A stretch of DNA of 64,000 nt, from assembly GCA_965226885.1 (NCBI GenBank), contig CBDDEL010000017.1:608001-672000 (forward strand), given 5' to 3'. Origin of the DNA: Opitutales bacterium. GTDB taxonomy: Bacteria > Verrucomicrobiota > Verrucomicrobiia > Opitutales > UBA2987. The notes under the pieces are model-generated. The model had not been told where the DNA came from and ran no database searches. It was given only the letters and a program-made list of their open reading frames with translations. This document shows, one piece after another, positions 10,574 to 21,521 of this stretch. The translations under genes and the position numbers were made by a program. Positions within the stretch are counted from its first letter, which is position 1. Each line of letters starts with the position of its first letter.

Positions 10574-11976
10574 TCAGGGATCAATTAAGTTCAGCACATC
10601 GATGATGCTTAATCCGGTATGATAACCCGGATCGGCGTCGGGCGTAGCCGGAATCGTGGCGATAGATTGGCCTTTGGCATCGCGGGACTGGACGGCCATC
10701 AGAAAGCGGTCCGGGCGGACGTAATAACGAGTAAAATCGTTATGGCATATGGCACTTGGCAAAAATGTTCAAACAGCGGGCCCTGTCCCTCTCGTCCTCC
10801 GCAATCGCGCTGGCCAACAAGGCGGCTCTCATTGTTTCAGGAAGGTTCCACCAGGGCATATCCGAATTGTTCGCCTGCCGTGAAACCAAATCAAAGGATT
10901 TGCAGATGCCACCCGCCTGGGATTGATAACCGTTTTCAAAATTCCTTAAGAGCGTATTTATCAATATCGATTGGAATCTTTTGCATTCCTTTAACTGAAC
11001 GGCATCGAGCAAAGCTTTTTCGCTCGCCGTCCGCATGAACTTCAAAGCCAGACCGGCAAGTTCCAGAGCGTGGCCGGGATCGGACAAAATTTTTCCGTCC
11101 TCTAGATAAGGCAGCTTATCCGCTCCCACGGCCTCCCACATATCGCAATCCTTCAATTCGGGAAACCGATTGTTATGGTTTACATAAAATTCCAATTCAT
11201 GCACGATCAACCGGAGCCCCATCGCAACGCCCGCTGGGTCGCCATCTTCTACCAGCAAAGTTGCGGCGTTTATTTGCATCATAAAGTGGCCGTGGGGAAA
11301 ATGCCCGGCCCTCGGTTCCACCGGATTTTTCGGATCGAGCTGTTTCTGGTCGCGGACAATATTTCCGCTCCACAAGGCGGCGTCCACCTCTTTGATGTAG
11401 GCTCTGGCCTCTGCAACGGCTTTTTCATCGCCCAGGTAAACCGCGGCTTTAAACATCCCCTTTAAACATCCCTTTAGATAGAAATAAATCGGATGTGCCA
11501 TAGGGTTGGTGTTTCTCTATTGAGAAGGGGACGCGATTCGAGTCATCATCTAAGGCAAACGGTTCTCCTTCGGGCGACATGAAAAAACTGGAACGACCAT
11601 TGTTTTGCCGCCGGAATTTTCGCTGGGCCCACAGAACCTCAACCAGTAGAGCCTCCAGGCGCGATAGTAGAACCTCGTCCAGGCCCCTTTGCTTTATCCA
11701 GAAACAGTGACCGGCCAAGGCTTCCAACCCGCGACCCTGAATCCAGCCGTAGATCGTTTTCTTCCCTCGAACCGGATCGTTTTCGGGGAAATCCAGGCCC
11801 ATCAAAATATTGATCTTTGTGTCGATAAACGGATGGCGTGGATCCTTTTCATAACGATCGACTATAAGGCTCATGACCGAAAGAAGCATCGCCTCGTAAT
11901 CGGAGATGATATTGCGCAAATGCTCCCTTTTCAAATCTGGTGGGAGAAGAATACCCTTATAGGCATAACGATTCAT
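10574..11976 (-). pseudogene. AGE-superfamily epimerase (N-acylglucosamine 2-epimerase-like), two frameshifts
   Basis: Three consecutive ORFs carrying WIQGRG, DPGHALE, WWNLPET and DPGYH; frameshifts are a 13-bp (11447-11472) and a 7-bp (10741-10754) tandem duplication. Confidence 0.8.
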
Positions 11977-12971
11977 TTTTCAAATTGAAACCGCATTTGA
12001 TCGTTATTGAAATACAGTTTGGCATGCCCGCCTACATCACTACTCGTCAGACCGATAAGCTCAAGCGGTTTTTCGAACCCGACTGCTATCAGTTGGTCGA
12101 GCGATAACAAGTTTAGATGAGACAGATAATTCATGCAGTGAAGCATGGTAGCCGAGGAACCGACCAGGCATTGTTTTTCGAAATTAAAAATGCGCCCGGA
12201 TTTCTCCAGCACTACATCATTGCCGAGGGTCTCGTATTTTCCTGGCGGCAGCCCGGCAATGGGAGAGGCATCGCTCACCACGATGATGCGTTCGGCCGTT
12301 TTAGCCTGTATAATTGACTTTAATATCGGTTCCGGCAAATGATTCCCGTCTGCTATAATCATAGCGGTGTAATGATCGTCGGCCAATGCGGCCCAGATAA
12401 AAGTTGCGTGTCGGGGAAGCAGGTTGGGCAAACCATTGCCCAAGTGGGTAACGGCATTGGCGCCAGCCTTGGCCAATCGGTCGAGGTCTTCCGGAGCGGC
12501 CAGGGAATGTCCAATGGAAACAGCGACTCCCGAAGCTTTGGCCAGCTTTGCCACTTCATCGGCTTCCGGAAGTTCAGCCGCCAAAGTTAAGAGTTTTATA
12601 CATCCATCTCCCCAATTCAGCATCTTCTCGAATAAATCGAGGCTCGGCGGGCGCGCAAATTCCGGCCGGTGTGCGCCGACAGCGCCGGGTTTGGATGAAA
12701 TGAAGGGTCCTTCAATATGGATGCCCAGAAGCTGTCCCTGAAATTCGCCACTTTTAATAACCCGGGCTATCAGGGGCAGGTTGCGCTCGTACATTTCCTC
12801 AGATCCCGTGATCACAGTCGGCAAAAAAGCAGCCGTGCCGCGTGAGAAAAGCGCTCGGGAGGCCTCCGCTAATTTTTCTTCCGTCAGGTTAAAGTCCGAA
12901 AAATTAATCCCCAGGAATCCATTGACCTGGAGATCGACAAAACCGGGAATGGGCAATGGCGAGTGATGCAT
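11973..12971 (-). CDS. nagA: N-acetylglucosamine-6-phosphate deacetylase
   Basis: PGFVDLQVNG, GIHIEGPFIS, GHS, THLGNG, IADGNH, VSDA. Confidence 0.85.
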   Translation of the reverse strand: MHHSPLPIPGFVDLQVNGFLGINFSDFNLTEEKLAEASRALFSRGTAAFLPTVITGSEEMYERNLPLIARVIKSGEFQGQLLGIHIEGPFISSKPGAVGAHRPEFARPPSLDLFEKMLNWGDGCIKLLTLAAELPEADEVAKLAKASGVAVSIGHSLAAPEDLDRLAKAGANAVTHLGNGLPNLLPRHATFIWAALADDHYTAMIIADGNHLPEPILKSIIQAKTAERIIVVSDASPIAGLPPGKYETLGNDVVLEKSGRIFNFEKQCLVGSSATMLHCMNYLSHLNLLSLDQLIAVGFEKPLELIGLTSSDVGGHAKLYFNNDQMRFQFEK

Positions 12972-12983
12972 AAAATTTTATAT

Positions 12984-13724
12984 TTATACTCTGTTCAACA
13001 GTGAGGCGGCGGGCTCATCCAGCAGAAAATGACAGTTAGAGTGATTGCGCAAAATGGAAGCGGGAACCTCTGGGCTAATAGCGCCATTGACCACGTTGCG
13101 AACTGCCTCGGCCTTTCTCTGGTCCGGAACTGAACAAATGATTGTTTTGCTTTTGAGAATCTGTTGGATGCTCATAGAAATCGCCTTTTGAGGCACTGCC
13201 TCAAGGGTGGGAAACCAACCCTCACCCAATTGCTGCCGTCGGCAGGCTTCATCAAGTTCCACCACCAAATAAGGAGTTTCCGTCTCGAAATCAGCCGGTG
13301 GATCGTTAAATGCCAAATGCCCGTTTTCGCCAATGCCCACGCAGGCCAAAGCGATATTGTGATCGGCTATAAGCCCGTTCAAGCGGCGGCATTCTGCCAA
13401 CGGATCAGGATTTTCGCCATCAATATAATGAAACTTCTGCAATTCGCCAACACGCTCCTCGAATCTCTCCTTGAGGTATTTGCGAAAACTGCCCGGATGC
13501 GAAATTGGCAGACCGATATACTCATCGAGGTGGAAAACCGTCACCCGCGGCCAATCAATATCCCGGGCCACCAGCGATTCCAGCAACTCTACCTGGCTTA
13601 TGCCTGTGGCAAGAATGATGGTTGCCTCTCCCTCTTTTTTTAAAGCTTCAATTATGGTCAACGCGGCGAGATCAGCCGCTTCTTTAACCATTGCTTCCTT
13701 AGAGCCGTAAACTTTGATTTTCAT
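12984..13724 (-). CDS. nagB: Glucosamine-6-phosphate deaminase/isomerase
   Basis: [36 protein letters not shown]. Confidence 0.85.
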   Translation of the reverse strand: MKIKVYGSKEAMVKEAADLAALTIIEALKKEGEATIILATGISQVELLESLVARDIDWPRVTVFHLDEYIGLPISHPGSFRKYLKERFEERVGELQKFHYIDGENPDPLAECRRLNGLIADHNIALACVGIGENGHLAFNDPPADFETETPYLVVELDEACRRQQLGEGWFPTLEAVPQKAISMSIQQILKSKTIICSVPDQRKAEAVRNVVNGAISPEVPASILRNHSNCHFLLDEPAASLLNRV

Positions 13725-13828
13725 TTCAATAATTTCTCAATGGGTAGAGTTTGGCCCTACCGGCAAATTGTATATTCAACCACGGATGATGTAGATAAAC
13801 ACAGATAACTTGTTAATGAGCGCTCTAA

Positions 13829-14652
13829 CCCGGATATTTCGTAAAAAAAGTATCGTTGATATGCTTAACTGCTGATATACAGCAGGATAGATCAATAATT
13901 AAAGCAATATCAGCGATGACAAAGGGTAAACAATTAAAGCTACAGTTGACAAGGGTAAAAGGCCGCCGTGTGCGGGTTGATTTCAAGGGCGGAGAGGTTA
14001 CTTCGGATGCCGGACTGCTTTTGATCCGGGAAGTGGATCGGCAGTTGGGCTTGACCGAACGAGCGGCCCGACAGTTAGTGGACAAACGGCAGAAGGGCAA
14101 AGTACGCCATGAGGTATTGGGGATGCTGCGGCAGCGCGTTTACGGGCTGGTGGCGGGCTATGAGGATTTGAACGACTTTGATACCCTGCGCCACGATCCA
14201 TTGTTGCAAACGGTAACGGGGCGCATTGAAACGTTGGCCAGCGCGCCGACTTTGTGTCGTTTTGAAAACGGGCAGGATCGGCGGGCGGCCTTTGCGGTAA
14301 ACGAGCTGTTGGTCGAACAGTTCATGGGCTCCTTTGCCGAGGAACCCGAAGAGATCATCCTGGACTTTGACGCCACCGACAATCCGGTGCACGGGCTCCA
14401 GGAGGGACGTTTTTTCCACGGTTATTATGATCATTACTGTTTTCTGCCGCTATATGTTTTTTGCGGTGATCAGCTGCTGGTGGCCTACCTGCGGCCGAGC
14501 AAGATCGATGCCAGCAAGCATGCCGGGGCCATCCTCAAATTGCTGGTTAAACGGATTCGCCAAAGCTGGCCCCGTACGCGGATTATTTGGCGCGCCGACA
14601 GTGGATTTTGTCGAGACCGGATACTCTCTTGGTGCGACCGCAACGAAGTTAG
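13829..14652 (+). mobile_element. IS1380 copy 2, 3'-truncated by copy 3
   Basis: Left IR at 13829 after CTAA; identity to copy 1 ends at internal TTAG 14649-14652. Confidence 0.92.
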
Positions 14653-16230
14653 CCCGGATATTTCATGAAGGGTAAAGTTTGGCTCGTGTTTGGCTCGTTA
14701 TTGCTATTGGAGATGGATTTCTTTGTATTTTGAGCAGATCGTCTTGATTTTTAGGTGTTTTTCAGGGTGTAGAGACACTGCCCCCTTTCCCCCATTGGTT
14801 CGGTAGTGCCGGGGGCAGCACCAATGCACCCTTTAGGTTGGCACCAATCGGCGGGCCGCATGGTTGAAAAGACTGGCCCAAGGATAACTCTCACTTAGGT
14901 GAAAGTGAATCGTTCGGGTGTTGCGCACGATGACCGCTCCGATCTTGATTAATTTGAGCCGCAGGGTGTGGCATTGGGCCCGCGCCCACTTCGTCCCTTT
15001 TAAGGCTAACCGGCGCATGGCTTCCATCAAGGTGTAGGCCAGCGCCGACAAGAGCAATCGCCACTGATTGGCCCACCATTGATGGGCGCTGGTGCGCTCG
15101 CTGAACAATTGCATCTGTTCCTTGATTCGGTTCTCCATTTCACCGCGGCCACAGTATACCTTGTCGTAAAGCTCCTGGGGATCGCCCGGCAGGTTCGTCA
15201 CCACGAAGCGCGGGTTGGACCCCTGTGCGGTGTGTTCGGCTTTATGGATGACCAACCGCAGCCATCGCCACGAATCGGCAGCATAGACGAAGTCCTGGAA
15301 TAACCGTTGTTTTTTACCCCTTAGTTCGAACCATTCTTTGGCCTGCTTTTGCAACTGCTGGGCGTCTTGCTGCAAGCGTGCATTGCGAGCCATCCCCACG
15401 ATGTAACTAACTTCGTTGCGGTCGCACCAAGAGAGTATCCGGTCTCGACAAAATCCACTGTCGGCGCGCCAAATAATCCGCGTACGGGGCCAGCTTTGGC
15501 GAATCCGTTTAACCAGCAATTTGAGGATGGCCCCGGCATGCTTGCTGGCATCGATCTTGCTCGGCCGCAGGTAGGCCACCAGCAGCTGATCACCGCAAAA
15601 AACATATAGCGGCAGAAAACAGTAATGATCATAATAACCGTGGAAAAAACGTCCCTCCTGGAGCCCGTGCACCGGATTGTCGGTGGCGTCAAAGTCCAGG
15701 ATGATCTCTTCGGGTTCCTCGGCAAAAGAGCCCATGAACTGTTCGACCAACAGCTCGTTTACCGCAAAGGCCGCCCGCCGATCCTGCCCGTTTTCAAAAC
15801 GACACAAAGTCGGCGCGCTGGCCAACGTTTCAATGCGCCCCGTTACCGTTTGCAACAATGGATCGTGGCGCAGGGTATCAAAGTCGTTCAAATCCTCATA
15901 GCCCGCCACCAGCCCGTAAACGCGCTGCCGCAGCATCCCCAATACCTCATGGCGTACTTTGCCCTTCTGCCGTTTGTCCACTAACTGTCGGGCCGCTCGT
16001 TCGGTCAAGCCCAACTGCCGATCCACTTCCCGGATCAAAAGCAGTCCGGCATCCGAAGTAACCTCTCCGCCCTTGAAATCAACCCGCACACGGCGGCCTT
16101 TTACCCTTGTCAACTGTAGCTTTAATTGTTTACCTTTTGTCATCGCTGATATTGCTTTAATTATTGATCTATCCTGCTGTATATCAGCAGTTAAGCATAT
16201 CAACGATACTTTTTTTACGAAATATCCGGG
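14653..16230 (-). mobile_element. IS1380 copy 3 (1578 bp)
   Basis: Both IRs present; flanks TTAG / TTAA do not match. Confidence 0.95.
14833..16143 (-). CDS. IS1380-family transposase
   Basis: Near-identical to 1319-2629. Confidence 0.93.
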   Translation of the reverse strand: MTKGKQLKLQLTRVKGRRVRVDFKGGEVTSDAGLLLIREVDRQLGLTERAARQLVDKRQKGKVRHEVLGMLRQRVYGLVAGYEDLNDFDTLRHDPLLQTVTGRIETLASAPTLCRFENGQDRRAAFAVNELLVEQFMGSFAEEPEEIILDFDATDNPVHGLQEGRFFHGYYDHYCFLPLYVFCGDQLLVAYLRPSKIDASKHAGAILKLLVKRIRQSWPRTRIIWRADSGFCRDRILSWCDRNEVSYIVGMARNARLQQDAQQLQKQAKEWFELRGKKQRLFQDFVYAADSWRWLRLVIHKAEHTAQGSNPRFVVTNLPGDPQELYDKVYCGRGEMENRIKEQMQLFSERTSAHQWWANQWRLLLSALAYTLMEAMRRLALKGTKWARAQCHTLRLKLIKIGAVIVRNTRTIHFHLSESYPWASLFNHAARRLVPT

Positions 16231-16263
16231 TTAATGTCCTCATCATGAAAATGGGTTTATGTT

Positions 16264-17298
16264 ATGAAAATTCGCGATGTATTGACGAATCCGCAATTGC
16301 CCATTGTTTTGATAATCTTTCTTAATTTGGCAAACATTTTGAACAGCCAGGCTATTATACAGGAACAATTGCGGGGGGACCTCGTGTCCGCTGAGAATCT
16401 GGATTTTTTCCGCGCCATCGGGGTGGATTCGCTGTCCGTCTATCCGCCCCCGCCCATGGACAACTTCGATGAAATGGTCGTTTACTGTGAGGATATGAAA
16501 AAAAAGACCGAAGCCCACGGCCTGAAGTTGCAAACGTTGGCCAAAAGGTGTCCCCACGCCATTTCCCTCGGTTTACCCGAGAGAGATAAAAAAATCGAAC
16601 AGTGGTGCAACCTTATTAAAGCCATGGGGATGGTTGGGATTCCGATTTTCAGTTATAACTTCAAACCGATTACCATCATTCGCACAACTCCCCAAAAGGG
16701 TCGCGGAGGCGCGCTCTACAGCAGTTTTTCCTATAATGAATACGCACGGGATCCATCGGAAAAAGACCAGCCGTTGAAAATCCCGGAGGAACAATTGTGG
16801 GAAAATTTGCAATATTTGCTGCGCCATATTGTTCCGGCGGCGGAACAAGCCGGTGTACGTTTGGCCCTACATCCCGACGATCCGCCGATAGCGGAACCTT
16901 TTGGCGGCTACCCGCGCATTGTTTCTTCGATTGAGAACTACGAAAAGATTTTTCAACTGGCGCCCAGTCCCGCCCACGGCATGCTTTTCTGTCAGGGTTG
17001 TGTAACCGAAATGGGTGGCGATGTTTACGAAACCATACGCCGGATGGGACGGCAAAATAAAATTGTCTGCGTTCATTTTCGCAATGTCCGTGGAACCCCC
17101 CATGATTTCCAGGAAGTATTTGTGGATGAAGGAAATGTGGATATGTTTGAAGCCATGCGCGCCTATCGTGATATTGGTTTTAAAGGGCCCTTTATGATGG
17201 ATCACACGCCGCAAATTCCCAATGACAGGCTGGACAGGGAAGGTCGGGCCTTTGCGGTCGGTTTCATGTGGGCCTTGATTCAAGCCGTTTACCGCTGA
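16264..17298 (+). CDS. uxuA: Mannonate dehydratase (UxuA) family protein
   Basis: LWENLQYLL, LALHPDDPP, FCQGC, VHFRNVRG, EVFVDEGNVDM, MMDHTP; start uncertain and substrate may differ. Confidence 0.75.
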   Translation: MKIRDVLTNPQLPIVLIIFLNLANILNSQAIIQEQLRGDLVSAENLDFFRAIGVDSLSVYPPPPMDNFDEMVVYCEDMKKKTEAHGLKLQTLAKRCPHAISLGLPERDKKIEQWCNLIKAMGMVGIPIFSYNFKPITIIRTTPQKGRGGALYSSFSYNEYARDPSEKDQPLKIPEEQLWENLQYLLRHIVPAAEQAGVRLALHPDDPPIAEPFGGYPRIVSSIENYEKIFQLAPSPAHGMLFCQGCVTEMGGDVYETIRRMGRQNKIVCVHFRNVRGTPHDFQEVFVDEGNVDMFEAMRAYRDIGFKGPFMMDHTPQIPNDRLDREGRAFAVGFMWALIQAVYR

Positions 17299-17384
17299 TG
17301 GCATGTGCTTCTGGGCATGAAATGGAAAAAGAGGGTAACGATCATCAGAATCGGGAATAGCGTCCAAGGTGGAAAAATAGATCG

Positions 17385-18569
17385 ATGAAAACTGTGTCTC
17401 TTTTTACTTATCCCTGGGATTTGCACGATGAAGGCGTGGATCGGGCTCTGGACTTTATTACCGAAAAAGCAGGCTTCAACAGCATATGTCTCGCTTTGAG
17501 CTATCATATCGCGACTTACTTTCTACCACATAATCCACGGCGAAAAATTTACTATGGCGATCATGGGGCGCTTTATTTTCAGCCTCAAACGGAGCTTTTT
17601 GCCAATACCGCTCTCAACCCGCAAGTCAGCCCAGTGGTTGGAGGAGATGATTACATGGAAAAGATCCGACAGGGGACTTCGGAACGCCAGATCGAGTTTT
17701 GTGCCTGGATCGTTTATTTCTTTAACCATCACCTGGCGCGAACGTTTCCGGGGTGTGCCAAAGTGGATGTTTTTGGCAATCCTTACCTTTCCCTCCTGTG
17801 CCCCGCCAATCCCGATGTGCGAGCCTATGCAGTGGCTTTGACCCATGACATTGTGTCTAACTTCCGGCCCCAGGCCGTTAATCTGGAATCCTTGAGTTAT
17901 AAACATTTCGATTACGGTTTTCTCAATTCCAAAATTCTGGTCGAGATGACGCCTTTGCAGAAATTTTTAATGGGTTTGTGTTTTTGCCCCCATTGTTTGC
18001 AAGCGGCCAATGAGACGGGAATGGATGGCGCTCAATTCAAGCGATGGATTGCCGATTACCTGGAGGAAAGCTTGCCGCGCGATCCGCGTCCGGATGAGAG
18101 GGGACCCCTTTCGGATGAATTGCTGGATGGATTCTTGGGCGGCGAATTGAGAAAATATCTTGAGGCCAGGTCAAAGATTACCTTAACCCTTTTTAAGGAG
18201 ATTGTGACCGTTATTCGCTCCTATGGGGACATTAAAATACAGATGGGGATGACACAATTCTGCTCCTCTAATGAAACGGGGCTGCCCGCAGGCGAGATTT
18301 ATTCCACCCTTGATCGCACTTTCGATTCTCCGCCTTTTGAGGTGAGTCAATGGGACCGTTTTATCCGGGATAAAAAAGACATTCTGCCGCAGGGTATGGA
18401 ATTTTTCCCCCAGATCCAGCCGGATCACCTCAAAAGTGAATCCGAAACGGCTGCCATGATTAAGGTTTGCCAATCCAGTGAATATTGCGATGGGTTGGCC
18501 TTTTATAATTACGGATTGGCTCGAAAGCAGCATTTGGAATGGATAGGTTCCGGCTTGGCTTTAATCTGA
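17385..18569 (+). CDS. Conserved hypothetical, probable TIM-barrel glycoside hydrolase-like protein
   Basis: 394-aa ORF in operon; YPWDL, LCPANPDVRAY, CFCPHC, YNYG. Confidence 0.6.
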   Translation: MKTVSLFTYPWDLHDEGVDRALDFITEKAGFNSICLALSYHIATYFLPHNPRRKIYYGDHGALYFQPQTELFANTALNPQVSPVVGGDDYMEKIRQGTSERQIEFCAWIVYFFNHHLARTFPGCAKVDVFGNPYLSLLCPANPDVRAYAVALTHDIVSNFRPQAVNLESLSYKHFDYGFLNSKILVEMTPLQKFLMGLCFCPHCLQAANETGMDGAQFKRWIADYLEESLPRDPRPDERGPLSDELLDGFLGGELRKYLEARSKITLTLFKEIVTVIRSYGDIKIQMGMTQFCSSNETGLPAGEIYSTLDRTFDSPPFEVSQWDRFIRDKKDILPQGMEFFPQIQPDHLKSESETAAMIKVCQSSEYCDGLAFYNYGLARKQHLEWIGSGLALI

Positions 18570-18623
18570 ATTTTTAAATCTCTCTTTTTATCATAGCTGA
18601 ACTAAGTAAAGTCTCTTGTTAAC

Positions 18624-20096
18624 ATGAAAATTTACGATCGATTTTTTATCGGTGGCGAATGGGTTGAGCCGTCCAGCGGCAACCGTTTTGAAACCCCCAA
18701 TCCGGCTACGGGCCAGCCTTGGGCATCGGTCGCGGAGGGGAGGGCTGAGGACATCGATCGCGCTGTCAAGGCTGCCCGAAATGCTTTTGAAAATGGGCCC
18801 TGGTCTTCCATGGCGGCTTCGCAACGAAGTGAAATTCTGCGGCGCTTGGGTGATTTGGTGCTCAAACACTCCGACCGGCTGGCAAAACTGGAAACGACCG
18901 ATAATGGAAAAGCAATTCGTGAAACCGGCGGGGTCGAAATGCCCGCCATCGCCAAATGGTATTATTATTTTGCCGGTCTGGCGGAAACCATCGAGGGAAC
19001 AACGATTCCCGTAAATAACGATTTGCACGTCCACACGGTGAGGGAGCCGGTGGGGGTTTGCGGCTGCATCCTACCCTGGAATTCACCTCTTCTGATGGCT
19101 GCTTTTAAACTGGCCCTGGCGGCGGGAAACACGGTTGTCATCAAACCTTCTGAAAATACACCCGTTTCGATTCTCGAATTTGCCGACCTCATCCAGGAAG
19201 CGGGAATCCCGCCGGGCGTGGTGAATATTGTGCCCGGATTCGGATCCGAGGCCGGCAAAGCCCTGGCCCAACACCCGCTGGTCGATAAAATCGCTTTTAC
19301 GGGAGGAACCGATACGGGAAAACAGATCGCCCATTACGCCGCTGATGGAGCCAAGAGGGTTTCTCTCGAACTGGGAGGAAAATCGCCCAACATCATATTC
19401 GACGACTACGATGTGGAGGAAGCGGTGGCGGGCGCCATGTCCGGTATATTTGTGGCTGCTGGGCAGACTTGCGTGGCCGGTTCGCGTTTGTTCGTCCATG
19501 AAAAAATTTACGATGAATTTCTGGATTTACTAGTCGCGCGGGCTCGCAATATCCGGGTTGGCAACCCAATGGACCCGGCGACCCAGATGGGGGCCCAAAC
19601 GTGTCAAACCCAACTGGATAAAATCAAGGAGTTGGTGCAAAGCGGCATCGATCAGGGGGCCAGCCTGATGACCGGTGGAAAACCGCCCGAAAATGCGGAG
19701 CTTGCTTCTGGTTACTTTTTTCTCCCCACCGTTTTTTCGGAGATGAAGATGGATATGCGTATTGCCAGGGAAGAAATTTTTGGCCCCGTTGTGTCTGTCT
19801 TTCGGTTTTCGGAAGAGGAAGAGGTTATTGAAAAGGCAAACGACGTTAAATATGGTTTGGCGGCCGGATTGTGGACTCGTGATATCAAACGGGCTTTGCG
19901 CATATCGCGCCGTTTGAAGGCGGGTTCGGTTTGGATAAACTGCTATCGAAAAATCAACTGGGCGGTTCCTTTTGGCGGATTCAAAATGAGCGGATACGGA
20001 AGGGAAAACGGCCAGGAAGTACTCGATTTATTCACGCAGACAAAAGCGGTCTGGATTGATATTTCGGAAGATTATGTTGACCCTTACACCACGTAA
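18624..20096 (+). CDS. Aldehyde dehydrogenase
   Basis: PWNSP, FTGGT, LELGGKSP, catalytic GQTCVAG, EEIFGPV, PFGGFKMSG. Confidence 0.95.
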   Translation: MKIYDRFFIGGEWVEPSSGNRFETPNPATGQPWASVAEGRAEDIDRAVKAARNAFENGPWSSMAASQRSEILRRLGDLVLKHSDRLAKLETTDNGKAIRETGGVEMPAIAKWYYYFAGLAETIEGTTIPVNNDLHVHTVREPVGVCGCILPWNSPLLMAAFKLALAAGNTVVIKPSENTPVSILEFADLIQEAGIPPGVVNIVPGFGSEAGKALAQHPLVDKIAFTGGTDTGKQIAHYAADGAKRVSLELGGKSPNIIFDDYDVEEAVAGAMSGIFVAAGQTCVAGSRLFVHEKIYDEFLDLLVARARNIRVGNPMDPATQMGAQTCQTQLDKIKELVQSGIDQGASLMTGGKPPENAELASGYFFLPTVFSEMKMDMRIAREEIFGPVVSVFRFSEEEEVIEKANDVKYGLAAGLWTRDIKRALRISRRLKAGSVWINCYRKINWAVPFGGFKMSGYGRENGQEVLDLFTQTKAVWIDISEDYVDPYTT

Positions 20097-20120
20097 TTTC
20101 AAGTAACCTGAAACAAAGAT

Positions 20121-21323
20121 ATGATCAATCTGCAAGAAACCTTATCCGATTTAATCTCGATTCCGAGCGTGAACCCCATGGGGCAATCCGTCTCCGGGTC
20201 CATGTATTACGAAACTGAGATGACGAATTACCTGGAGGACTTTTTTAAACGTCATGGATTGCCCTCGGAGCGTCAATCGGTAGAACCTCAACGCGATAAC
20301 ATTTTTGCCCGTATTGACGGTTCGGTTTCCCCTTCGGAGGGAGGACAGGTGATACTTTTCGACGCCCACCAGGATACCGTGCAGGTCGATGGAATGACGA
20401 TTCCGCCCTGGACGCCGACGATTCGGGATGGGCGCATTTATGGCCGCGGCTCATGCGACATTAAAGGCGGAATGGCCGCTATGCTGGGGGCCTTTGTTCG
20501 TCTTGCGGAGGAGCGTCCACCCCATATGCCGACGATTATCATGGCTTGTTCCATGAACGAAGAATTCGGCGCTTCCGGCGCGGGAATGTTTGAAAAATTC
20601 TGGAATTCAGGTTCTCAATCCATTTTTCCCCGTAAACCCGACGTCGCCATAATCGCGGAGCCGACCAGTCTCGACGTTGTGGTGGCTCACAAAGGCACCG
20701 TTCGGTGGTGGTGCCGGACTCCTGGAGTGGCCGCTCACAGTTCGCAACCCGATTCGGGAATAAGCGCTATTTTCAGGATGAGGCATGTCCTCAGTGCTTT
20801 GGAAAACTATGCTAATGAGGTTTGCCCGAACCTGCCCGGTCATCCTCTTTGCGGTCAGCCAACCCTTAGTGTCGGGATAATCAAGGGAGGCCGCGGAATC
20901 AACACCGTGGCCGACGAATGCTCCGTCGCCATCGACCGGCGAGTTCTTCCCGGCGAAGACTTGAACGCGGTTTATCAACAGGTCATCAATCACATAAAGA
21001 ACTTCCCTGGAATCGATTTCGAGGTAGCGCACGAGCCTCCTTTCTCCAAAATGCCGCCCCTGTCGGACGAATCAAACGGGGCGCTGGCAGAAAGTCTCAA
21101 TGGCTGTGCGAGAAAAATTAAGCCGAACAGCGATATTGTTGGGACTCCCTATGGAACCAACGCTGGAGCGATTATTAAATCTAATGTTCCCTGCGTGGTC
21201 TTCGGACCTGGATCCATCGATCAGGCCCACACCAAAGATGAATGGCTTTCTCTGGACGAACTCCACCAGGCCAGCGAGGTAATTTACGAATTCGGATGCA
21301 ACGGCCTGACGGTAAAAGAATGA
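20121..21323 (+). CDS. M20 metallopeptidase / deacylase (ArgE/DapE-like)
   Basis: DAHQDTV, GRGSCDIKGG, NEEFG, AEPT, AAHSS, DQAHTKDEW. Confidence 0.9.
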   Translation: MINLQETLSDLISIPSVNPMGQSVSGSMYYETEMTNYLEDFFKRHGLPSERQSVEPQRDNIFARIDGSVSPSEGGQVILFDAHQDTVQVDGMTIPPWTPTIRDGRIYGRGSCDIKGGMAAMLGAFVRLAEERPPHMPTIIMACSMNEEFGASGAGMFEKFWNSGSQSIFPRKPDVAIIAEPTSLDVVVAHKGTVRWWCRTPGVAAHSSQPDSGISAIFRMRHVLSALENYANEVCPNLPGHPLCGQPTLSVGIIKGGRGINTVADECSVAIDRRVLPGEDLNAVYQQVINHIKNFPGIDFEVAHEPPFSKMPPLSDESNGALAESLNGCARKIKPNSDIVGTPYGTNAGAIIKSNVPCVVFGPGSIDQAHTKDEWLSLDELHQASEVIYEFGCNGLTVKE

Positions 21324-21521
21324 GATTGCAATAAAGTCCCGTTTATCGCCGGTAATCCAGAGGCGGAGCGCGATTTCCGAGGAGCGGACTGTATTGGAAG
21401 TCCATGCCTCGCTTCGATTCCAATTCTTTTTCCGCCGATTCAATTATGGAGGGATTTTCATATAAATCGATTGCCGTAGAGGTTAAAGTTTTGGCCGCTT
21501 GCATCATTCCTTTGTAACCTA

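Noticed and set aside
16291..16375. CCGCAATTG...CAATTGCGG inverted repeat in the uxuA-like 5' region as an invertible switch
   Set aside because: Only 9 bp with a palindromic core and no recombinase nearby; could be chance
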